A DNA stretch of 64,000 bases, taken from assembly GCA_019244185.1 (NCBI GenBank), contig JAFATB010000025.1, positions 160,001-224,000 of the forward strand. Reading direction: 5' to 3'. The stretch comes from Acidobacteriota bacterium (lineage in GTDB: Bacteria; Acidobacteriota; Thermoanaerobaculia; Gp7-AA8). The position numbers were made by a program, and so were the translations under genes. Under the pieces are notes generated by a model. That model was not told the origin of the DNA. It ran no database searches and was given only the letters and a program-made list of their open reading frames with translations. Positions 56,559-64,000 of this stretch are shown in pieces. The stretch's first letter is position 1; every line of letters begins with the position of its first letter.

Positions 56559-58622
56559 ATGTACGTTCTGCTCGGCATCGACGCGGTTTTGCGCATCACG
56601 GCGGCGCTGCTGTTCCTCTTCGTCGCCGTGCCGCGCCTCGCGCGTCCGCGCCCCGCCGCGCTCGACGGCATGCAGTGGTTCTGGTGGTGTCTCGGCGCCG
56701 GCATCACGCTCATCACGCTCGCCGGGCAGCTCTTCACGCTCGTCAACATCTTCTCCGCCGTCACGCTGCTCGTCGCGATCGCGGTGCTGATCATCGCCAT
56801 CCGCGCGCATCGCGGCGGCCGCACGGCGGTCGCGATCGTGCACGATCTCTATCGCGACGTCGTGCTGTTCTCGCTGAACGTCCTCGAAGGCCGCGTGAAC
56901 GTGCGCCGCCGCCTGCGCCGCGCGCGCCGCCGCGCCCGCGCGGCCCTCGGCGAGAACGTCGCCGGCCGGCGCTGGAGCGTCGCCGGCTGGAGCGCGCTCG
57001 TCGTCGTCGCCGCCGCGTTCCGCTTCTCACGTCCCTTCGCCACGCCGAACCTCGGCTTCTCCGACACCTACGTGCACCTCTACCTCGTGCGCCTGCTGCA
57101 GGAAGGACGTCAGGTCGACCCCGCGTGGGGGCCGTATCCGCGCGGCATGCACTTCCTGCTGCTCGCGATTCACGAGCTGACGAACATCGATCCGATCCTG
57201 CTGATGAACTTCTTCGGCGCCGCGGTCGGCGTGCTGATGACGCTCGCCGTCGCCGACGCCGCGCGGCGGCTCGCGCGCAATCTGCCCGCAGGTCTCGTCG
57301 CGGGCCTGCTCTTCGCGACCATGATCGGCGGCGGCCGGCAGTACTTCCTCTTCGGCGGCAGCATCGCCACGGACAACGTGGCTGAGGCGCAGCAGTTCAT
57401 CGGGATGAGCTACGGCCAGATTCCGGCGACGACGGCGGAGTTCGACGTGCTGCTGACCGTCTTCCAGCGCCAGACGGCGACGCTGCCGCAGGAGCTCGCG
57501 CTGGTGCTGCTGTTTCCCGCCGCGCTCTTTCTCTTCGCGTGGCTGACGTCGCGCTCGCGCTGGCATCTGTCGGGTTACGTCCTGTGCACGTCGGCGATCG
57601 CGGCGACGCATCCCGGCGTCGCCATTCCGCTCGTGCTGCTGTGCGGCGTGACCGTGCTCGCCGCGCGCGCGCCGTGGCGCGACATCGCGCGCGCCGCCGG
57701 CGCCGGCGCGGCCGGCATCGCCCTCGGGTCGACGTGGATGTTCGCGTTCCTCTTCTATCACCGCGTGCATGACCCCACGCAGCCGGTCGCGAGCGGCAGC
57801 GGCGTCGGCTCGACGGCGATGTACTACTTCCCGTTTCTGCGCGACGCCGAGAACGCGCGCATCGTCACGTGGGTCGCGATCACGCCGTTCCTCATCGCCT
57901 GCGCCGCGATCGCGGTCGTGCTGCTCGCGCGCGCCGCATTCGTGAAAGAGCATCGCGCGCCGCTCGTCTGGATTTCGGTCGCGTCGCTCGTCTTCACGCT
58001 GACCGAGCTCGCCTCGCGCTGGGGACTTCCCGAGCTCGTCGAGGTGCGGCGCAACGCGTCGTGGCTGGCGATGACGCTGGCGATTCTCATCGGCGTCGCG
58101 ATCGCGGAGCTCGCGCGCACGCGCGTCGCTGAAATCGCGGTGGTCGCGCTTCTCGTCGCGTGGCTATGGCGCGTGCCGTTGTCGGGCATCAACGATCGCC
58201 TGATCAACTACTCCGGCTACGGCGCGACGGCGTACGCGGTGTTGTCGATCGAGCGCTCGCTCGAGCCGTTCACGTGGACGCTCATCACGTACGGCCAGGA
58301 GTTCCCGATGGTCCTCGGCCGCGGCTTCCATCTCGCGGCCGCCGATTTTCTCGAGCAGTACGATCCCGAGCAGCAGCGCCTGCCGATCCCGACGCGCTAC
58401 GTCTTCATCGCCGTCGAGAAAGTGCCGCACCGCTTTCAGATCAACGCGTGGGCGGCGAAGTTCTCGCGCGCGGACATCGAGCAGCGGCTGCAGACGTGGT
58501 GCTTTCTCTACCAGCTCACGCACCGCGACATGCGCGTCTTCCTCGACGACGAGCACGTACGCGTCTACATGATCGAACGCAGTGCGGCGGATGTGCGCGC
58601 AATCGCGGAGAATGCGCGCTGA
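56559..58622 (+). CDS. large polytopic membrane protein, GT-C-like
   Basis: SDTYVHL and YPRGMH loop motifs, more than 12 TMs and a soluble C-terminal domain. Confidence 0.6.
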   Translation: MYVLLGIDAVLRITAALLFLFVAVPRLARPRPAALDGMQWFWWCLGAGITLITLAGQLFTLVNIFSAVTLLVAIAVLIIAIRAHRGGRTAVAIVHDLYRDVVLFSLNVLEGRVNVRRRLRRARRRARAALGENVAGRRWSVAGWSALVVVAAAFRFSRPFATPNLGFSDTYVHLYLVRLLQEGRQVDPAWGPYPRGMHFLLLAIHELTNIDPILLMNFFGAAVGVLMTLAVADAARRLARNLPAGLVAGLLFATMIGGGRQYFLFGGSIATDNVAEAQQFIGMSYGQIPATTAEFDVLLTVFQRQTATLPQELALVLLFPAALFLFAWLTSRSRWHLSGYVLCTSAIAATHPGVAIPLVLLCGVTVLAARAPWRDIARAAGAGAAGIALGSTWMFAFLFYHRVHDPTQPVASGSGVGSTAMYYFPFLRDAENARIVTWVAITPFLIACAAIAVVLLARAAFVKEHRAPLVWISVASLVFTLTELASRWGLPELVEVRRNASWLAMTLAILIGVAIAELARTRVAEIAVVALLVAWLWRVPLSGINDRLINYSGYGATAYAVLSIERSLEPFTWTLITYGQEFPMVLGRGFHLAAADFLEQYDPEQQRLPIPTRYVFIAVEKVPHRFQINAWAAKFSRADIEQRLQTWCFLYQLTHRDMRVFLDDEHVRVYMIERSAADVRAIAENAR

Positions 58623-59626
58623 TGGCATCGCGGCTGACGCTCAAGAGACATCCCGGCGCGCACGTGGTGGCGGTCGTGCCGGCGTACAACGTGGCCGAGG
58701 TACTGGGCGGCGTGTTGCGCGCGATCCCGCCGCTGTTCACGTCGATCATCGTCGTCGACGACGCCTCGCGCGACGACACGGCCGCGGTCGCGGAACGCTA
58801 CGCGCAACTCGACCCGCGCATCCTCGTCGTGCGGCACGAGACGAACCGCGGCGTCGGCGGCGCGATGATCACCGGCTTCGTGAAGGCGCTCGAATGGGGT
58901 GCGGATGTCGTGGTGAAGGTCGACGGCGACGGCCAGATGCCGCTGTGGATCGTCACCGATCTGATCGAGCCGCTCATCGACGGCAGCGCCGACTACACGA
59001 AAGGCAACCGCTTCCGCGATTTCGAAGCCATCCGCGCGATGCCGTTCGTGCGCCGCATCGGCAACGTCGCGCTGAGCTTCCTCGCGAAAGCCGCGACCGG
59101 CTACTGGCACTGCTTCGATCCGACCAACGGCTTCGTCGCGATCCGCGCGGACGTGCTCTCGCAACTCCCCCTGCGCAAGATCGACCCGACGTACTTTTTC
59201 GAGACGTCGATGCTCAGCCACCTCTACATCCTCGGCGCCGTCGTGAAGGAAGTGCCGATGCCCGCGCGCTACGCCGGCGAGCCGTCGAGCCTTTCCATCC
59301 CGCGCGTCATCCGCCAGTTCCCCGGACGCCTGCTCGCGTCGCTCGCGCGCCGCATCGTCCTCAAGAACTTCGTCTACGACTTCAACCTCGAATCGTTCCA
59401 GCTCCTCGCCGGCCTCCCCCTCCTCCTCGCCGGCCTCGTCTACGGCGGCTACAACTGGTGGTGGTACACGTCCCACAAGCTCGCCGCCCCCACGGGAACC
59501 GTCGTCCTCCCCGCCCTGGCCATCATGCTCGGCATGCAACTCCTCATCGCGGCCGTGAATCTGGATCTGCAGTCGATTCCGCGCGAGCCGCTGAATCACG
59601 GCGCGATCGGGGAGGGGGGCGGATGA
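58622..59626 (+). CDS. GT2 (DPM1-like polyprenol-phosphate) glycosyltransferase
   Basis: VVPAYN, VVDDASRD, NRGVGGA, KVDGDGQM, KGNRF and C-terminal TMs. Confidence 0.9.
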   Translation: MASRLTLKRHPGAHVVAVVPAYNVAEVLGGVLRAIPPLFTSIIVVDDASRDDTAAVAERYAQLDPRILVVRHETNRGVGGAMITGFVKALEWGADVVVKVDGDGQMPLWIVTDLIEPLIDGSADYTKGNRFRDFEAIRAMPFVRRIGNVALSFLAKAATGYWHCFDPTNGFVAIRADVLSQLPLRKIDPTYFFETSMLSHLYILGAVVKEVPMPARYAGEPSSLSIPRVIRQFPGRLLASLARRIVLKNFVYDFNLESFQLLAGLPLLLAGLVYGGYNWWWYTSHKLAAPTGTVVLPALAIMLGMQLLIAAVNLDLQSIPREPLNHGAIGEGGG

Positions 59627-59657
59627 TGGGCGGAAGTTTCATGCGCTGTTTCGTCCT

Positions 59658-60098
59658 TCAGAAGAGTTCCTCGGCCAACGCGACAATGATTCCCGCGGGC
59701 CCTCGCATGTAGCAGAGTCGGTACTTGTCCTCGTACTGAACCACCTCGCCGACGAGTTCGGCGCCGTGGCTGCGCAGGCGAGCGACCGTGTCGTCGACAC
59801 TGTCCACTGCGAACATGACGCTCCGAAGGCCCGGCGCGTTCGGCGGTGCGATCGCCGGTTCGATCCGGATCAGCGGTGGATTGTGAAACTTCGTCAGCTC
59901 GAGGCGGCCATGTCCATCCGGCGTACGCATCATGACGATGTCGACCCGAATGTTTTCGAGCGCGTTGACGCGGTCCACCCACGCACCTTCGATCGGCATT
60001 TCGCCTTCGAGCGTCATGCCGAGCGCCTTGAAAAACGCGATCGCTGCCGTGAGATCGTCGACGACGACGCTGATGTGATCCAGTCTTTTGATCGTCAT
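59658..60098 (-). CDS. VOC/glyoxalase family protein
   Basis: RLDHISVVVDDL..AIAFF..LG, RLELTKF and YRLCYMRGPAG. Confidence 0.9.
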   Translation of the reverse strand: MTIKRLDHISVVVDDLTAAIAFFKALGMTLEGEMPIEGAWVDRVNALENIRVDIVMMRTPDGHGRLELTKFHNPPLIRIEPAIAPPNAPGLRSVMFAVDSVDDTVARLRSHGAELVGEVVQYEDKYRLCYMRGPAGIIVALAEELF

Positions 60099-60184
60099 CT
60101 TCCTTGTATAGCAGAGGCCGTGCGGACGCGTGGAGATAGCGTCGCACCGCGGTCGCTGGCCACGCTCGTGCACTGAGCGAACGC

Positions 60185-61108
60185 ATGGGACGGGCGGCGA
60201 CGCATGACTCCGGCAGCAGCAACCTCGAGCGCTGGCTCTCGTGCATGCGCCGCGGGGACTTTGATGCGGCTTGGGAGATCAGCGATGTGAGTCTGCGCGA
60301 GCGGGCGGGCGTGCCTTGCTGGCATTTGCCGCGGCATCGGCAGACGGTGTGGAACGGCGCGCCTGTCGATGGGCAGCGCGTGCTCGTCCGCTGCTACCAC
60401 GGACTCGGCGATACGGTGCAGTTCGTCCGCTACATGCCGATGCTGCGCGAGCGCGCGAAGGAAGTGCTCGTGTGGGTACAGCCGTCGCTGATGCCGCTGC
60501 TGTTCGGACAGCCGGGGATCGACGCGCTGTTGCCGCTGCATGACGGCGTGCCCGCGGTCGACCTCGACGTAGACGTCGAGATCATGGAGCTCGCGCACGT
60601 GTTCCGCAGCAACGCGGAGACGCTGCCGTGTGCGATTCCGTATCTCGACGCCGAGCCGGCGACGCTGCCGGAGCACGACGGACTCGCCGTCGGCATCGTC
60701 TGGAAAGCAGGCAACTGGAACTCGAGCCGCTCGCTGCCGCCCGAAGAGCTCGACGCGCTCCTCGGCGTCGACGGCGTCACCTTCTTCTCGCTGCAGCGCG
60801 ACGAAACGCATCCGGACCTCGTCGCGCTTGACGGCGTCGACGATCCGGTCTCGACCGCGCGGCTCATGCGCGCGATGGACCTCGTCATTTCCGTCGACAC
60901 GTTTCCCGCGCATCTCGCGGGCGCGCTCGGCGTGCGCACGTGGACGCTGCTGCCGCTCGCGTGCGACTGGCGGTGGATGGACGCGCGCGACGACACGCCG
61001 TGGTATCCGACGATGCGGCTATTCCGGCAGCAGCGTGAGGGCGACTGGCGCGGCGTTCTCGCGCGGGTCGTGCGCGCGCTCGGTGAGCTGCGCGACGAAC
61101 GGCGCTGA
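60185..61108 (+). CDS. GT9-like glycosyltransferase-fold protein
   Basis: HGLGDTVQFVRY, VGIVWKAG, DLVISVDT..AHLAGALG and DWRW...PWYPTMRLFRQ. Confidence 0.75.
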   Translation: MGRAATHDSGSSNLERWLSCMRRGDFDAAWEISDVSLRERAGVPCWHLPRHRQTVWNGAPVDGQRVLVRCYHGLGDTVQFVRYMPMLRERAKEVLVWVQPSLMPLLFGQPGIDALLPLHDGVPAVDLDVDVEIMELAHVFRSNAETLPCAIPYLDAEPATLPEHDGLAVGIVWKAGNWNSSRSLPPEELDALLGVDGVTFFSLQRDETHPDLVALDGVDDPVSTARLMRAMDLVISVDTFPAHLAGALGVRTWTLLPLACDWRWMDARDDTPWYPTMRLFRQQREGDWRGVLARVVRALGELRDERR

Positions 61109-61831
61109 CGCCCGCGCGAACGACTCCCACGACACGCCGAATCGCCGCTCGTAAAACAGCTTCCCCTCGTGCGGCTTCTGCGTGAGCCGCGCGACGTCGA
61201 CGGGACGCGTGTGCTCGCGCTGCCCGAGCGCCAGCCGGATCAGCGCCTCGGGGAGAAGCCCCATCCACGTCGCGCGCTGCGAGTCGTAGAAGCGGCAGAG
61301 CAGCGCGATGCCGAACGCCTCCCGCAGCGTGATCTGCCGTCCCGTCCACGGGCCGCCGACGCGCAGCGGCGCGAGCGTATTGAAGAGCGGTCCCGGCAGA
61401 CGATGGCCGTGATACAGCGGCATCTCGTAGCACTTCGCGAGCACGCCACGCCGCGCCGCGAACGCCGCGGCCACGAGCTGCGACGCGTCGTGATCGGCGT
61501 GTCCGCCTTCCCACGCGAGACAGTAAATCTCGTCGACCGCTTCCGTGACGCGCGCGTCGAGCAGCGCCAGCGCGCGATCGAGCTGCTCGACGAGCTTTCC
61601 GTCCGGAATCCGCTCCTCGGAACCGATGAAGTGCACGCGGGCGAGGTCGACGCCGAGGTGCGCGAGGACGCGGCGGCTCTCGCGGTCGCGGGTGGCGGAA
61701 GGGATGCCCTTCCCTTCTCCGTCGGTGAGATACGCGCAGGAGACCGCCCGGCCGTTGCGCAGCGCGTAGGAGATCCGCGACGCGAACGCGATCTCGTCAT
61801 CCTGATGCGCGAAAACGAACAGTGCGTGCAT
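61019..61831 (-). CDS. PIG-L family N-deacetylase
   Basis: AHQDDE, LTDG and GGHADH motifs. Confidence 0.85.
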   Translation of the reverse strand: MHALFVFAHQDDEIAFASRISYALRNGRAVSCAYLTDGEGKGIPSATRDRESRRVLAHLGVDLARVHFIGSEERIPDGKLVEQLDRALALLDARVTEAVDEIYCLAWEGGHADHDASQLVAAAFAARRGVLAKCYEMPLYHGHRLPGPLFNTLAPLRVGGPWTGRQITLREAFGIALLCRFYDSQRATWMGLLPEALIRLALGQREHTRPVDVARLTQKPHEGKLFYERRFGVSWESFARASAPFVAQLTERAHDPRENAAPVALTLLPE

Positions 61832-62733
61832 CACAAGTGATCCGTGTCCGCCCACGTGAGCGCCCACCGCGCGTCCTGCAGCGCGGCCGCGGCGCGCGCA
61901 TCGAAGACGTTCACCAGCAGACGAAAACGATACGGCGACGGCATAAATCCCGACTTCACGAAGAACGGTAGTGCCGGATGTGCGCCCGACACCAGTGTCG
62001 CTGCGAGACGGATGCCCGCGGCGCGGCCGCGCGCGAGCGCCCGACGCAGCAACGCGCGCGCGGCGGACACGCGGCCGCGGCGCCACGCGACGTCGACGAC
62101 GGCGAGCGTGTCGTGTCCGCGCAGGCTCGCGCGGCGCGTGACGACGTACGCGTCGCCGTCCGCATCGATCGCGTACTTCCACCGCGGGCTCGCGGCGAAG
62201 CGCCAGGCCGGCTCGCGCTCGACGTGCACGTACGGCGCGAGCAGCGACTCCGCGATGGTTGCGTCGACGGGCGCGCTGACTTCCTCGAACGCGCGCGGCG
62301 TACGCGGCGACAGCGGACGCACGAGCAGCCACGTCGCGAGCGCCGGCGTCCAGCCGTTCGCGGTCATCGGCTGCAGCACGTGACCGCGAATTTGAAACGC
62401 GGTGCTGCAGTCGAGCGATGTGCGCAGCGCTTCGCGCGCGAACGCGGCGACGCGCGTGAAGAGCTGCTGCCGGCGGAACGCGGGATCGGTCATCGCGTCG
62501 ACCGCGAGCATCGAGCGCAGGCGCGCGTCGCCGACGACGAGCGTCTGCGGCACGAACCCCAGGTGCGCGACGGGACGTCCTTCGGCCTCGGCGACGAACA
62601 TCCGTCCGCGGCCGAACTCCCAGTCCCAGAAGCGCGGGTCCTGCTTTTCGATATCTTCGTGCGGAAAGCAGCGGCGGCGCAGCGCGAGAATCGCGTCGCG
62701 ATCCTCCGCGGTCGCCTCGCGGAAGTCGATCAT
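61831..62733 (-). CDS. GNAT-family N-acyltransferase
   Basis: FREAT.ED, FWDWEF, DAMTDPAFRRQQLF acetyl-CoA-binding loop, terminal ADTDHL. Confidence 0.8.
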   Translation of the reverse strand: MIDFREATAEDRDAILALRRRCFPHEDIEKQDPRFWDWEFGRGRMFVAEAEGRPVAHLGFVPQTLVVGDARLRSMLAVDAMTDPAFRRQQLFTRVAAFAREALRTSLDCSTAFQIRGHVLQPMTANGWTPALATWLLVRPLSPRTPRAFEEVSAPVDATIAESLLAPYVHVEREPAWRFAASPRWKYAIDADGDAYVVTRRASLRGHDTLAVVDVAWRRGRVSAARALLRRALARGRAAGIRLAATLVSGAHPALPFFVKSGFMPSPYRFRLLVNVFDARAAAALQDARWALTWADTDHL

Positions 62734-63839
62734 CGCGCGCGCCTCAGGATCGTCGCGGAGTTCGGCGGAATGACGATCGTGCCGCGCACGCGCGCGCCGG
62801 TCACCGCGTCGACGTACGTCTTCTCGTTTTCGACGCGCAGCGGTTTCGCGCCGCGGTTGATGCCGATGAAGCCGCGCTCGAAAAACCGATATGCGCCGCC
62901 GGGCGTGTCGATGCGCGGCTTCGCGCGTCCGAGGTCGAGGAAGAGCAAGTCCGACTCGAGCGGCGTGGCGAGGTCGGGAGGCGCGACGACCGCGCCGGCG
63001 CCGAAGAGGCGCGAGACGGCGATGAGCTCCGCGGCGAGACGCGGATCGTCGACGTAGTTGATGTGGGCGAAGCGGACGCGCGGATACGCGCGCTGCGCGG
63101 GCGCGATGAGGTGGCGCATGAGATACGACGTACTGTTCCAGCGGTCGCCGGGATCGTTCCACGGCCGCAGCACGAAGCGGCCGTTGCGCGGATACGTGAT
63201 CAGGCTCTCGCTCACGTCCCAGTCGGCGTACGGCAGGAAGTTCGCGGCGTCGCGATAGCCCTGATTCGTGACGATGACGCCGACGCTGCCGCGCAGCGCG
63301 TGCAGGAAGCGCGCGAACGCGACGTCGTAATCGACGTCGGGATGGCGCAGGCGGTACTCCGCGAGCGCGCGCGGATGGACGTTCTCCGCGGTGGTGGTGT
63401 CGAGAAAGACGCCGTCGTAGCCGATCGCGCGCAGGCGTTTCGCGAGCTGTTCCGCGCGTCCGCGCTCGTGCTCGGGCGACGCCGGATCGAAGTAGAACGC
63501 GTCCGCATCCTCCGCGCCGGCGTGGCCGCGCAGCGGCGCGCGGTTCAGCAGCGCCGACGGCGGAAGCGTGTGATGCCACGGCGTCGCGAGCGACGCGTAG
63601 TACGCGACGGACCATTCGTAGAGCGCGAGCTTCGTGCCGGCGCGATGCAGCGCGTCGACCTGCACGCGCGGCAGCGGATCGTGCGTGACGAGCACGTCGA
63701 AGCGCGAATACCACGCGAGCTCGTGCGCGGTGAGCGGCGTGCGGTAGTGAAAGGCGATGCCGCCGCGTGCGGCCGCGCTCGACGGAAACACCGCCGGCGC
63801 CGCGAGAGTGACGACGGCGGTCAATACGAGGGTCCGCAT
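62730..63839 (-). CDS. secreted TIM-barrel glycoside hydrolase, PelA/GH114-like
   Basis: Signal peptide, GYDGVFLDT, IVTNQGY, VSESL and HINY. Confidence 0.7.
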   Translation of the reverse strand: MRTLVLTAVVTLAAPAVFPSSAAARGGIAFHYRTPLTAHELAWYSRFDVLVTHDPLPRVQVDALHRAGTKLALYEWSVAYYASLATPWHHTLPPSALLNRAPLRGHAGAEDADAFYFDPASPEHERGRAEQLAKRLRAIGYDGVFLDTTTAENVHPRALAEYRLRHPDVDYDVAFARFLHALRGSVGVIVTNQGYRDAANFLPYADWDVSESLITYPRNGRFVLRPWNDPGDRWNSTSYLMRHLIAPAQRAYPRVRFAHINYVDDPRLAAELIAVSRLFGAGAVVAPPDLATPLESDLLFLDLGRAKPRIDTPGGAYRFFERGFIGINRGAKPLRVENEKTYVDAVTGARVRGTIVIPPNSATILRRAR

Positions 63840-63858
63840 CCGGTATCCTTCCGCCACG

Positions 63859-64000
63859 ATGCCGGATACCGTCGAGCAGGACAAGAGGGACGTGGCTGAT
63901 CGCATCGCCGCCCTCTCGCGCGTTTCTGAGCTGTTGCAGAGCGGCGGCACGGCGCGCGAGGCGATGCAGCGCGCGCTCGACGTCCTGCCCGAGATTCTTC
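63859..64000 (+). CDS. N-terminus of a protein running off the window (possibly a sensor)
   Basis: Open frame MPDTVEQDKRDVADRIAALSRVSELLQSGG... with TATCCT 9 nt upstream. Confidence 0.5.
   Translation, partial: MPDTVEQDKRDVADRIAALSRVSELLQSGGTAREAMQRALDVLPEIL

Noticed and set aside
61019-61108. 90-nt 3' overlap of convergent genes (similar 53-nt overlap at 39520-39572) as a regulatory system
   Set aside because: Stop-codon drift in GC-rich DNA explains it, and nothing else supports a function.

Overview
A very GC-rich bacterial chromosome segment with about 60 densely packed genes. Gene content suggests Acidobacteriota, possibly Thermoanaerobaculia, but this is inference. Housekeeping blocks are zwf/thiolase, zapA-6S RNA-rny-ymdB and prs-rplY. 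Accessory loci are: an imuA-imuB-dnaE2 mutagenesis cassette; a PqqD/radical SAM-SPASM/precursor/HPr-kinase-like/S26-peptidase RiPP cluster; an ACP/acyl-CoA dehydrogenase/amino acid:carrier protein ligase/DUF1839/GH2/hydrolase operon facing a Wzx flippase; c-di-GMP two-component genes; and a Pel-like exopolysaccharide locus with an MFP-TolC pair. The most unusual signal is a palindromic element built from 7-bp units (GAATGAA/GAACGCA/GAATGCA), present three times. One copy encloses a four-helix-bundle (IVS/Avd-like) gene exactly between imuB and dnaE2. Two copies are empty hairpins absorbed into neighbouring ORFs. All three copies, and two other apparent gene-insertion sites, have G-rich left and C-rich right flanks, usually with oppositely skewed outer zones. 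No rRNA, tRNA, CRISPR array or transposase was recognised. All calls come from reading motifs by eye; no database searches were run.
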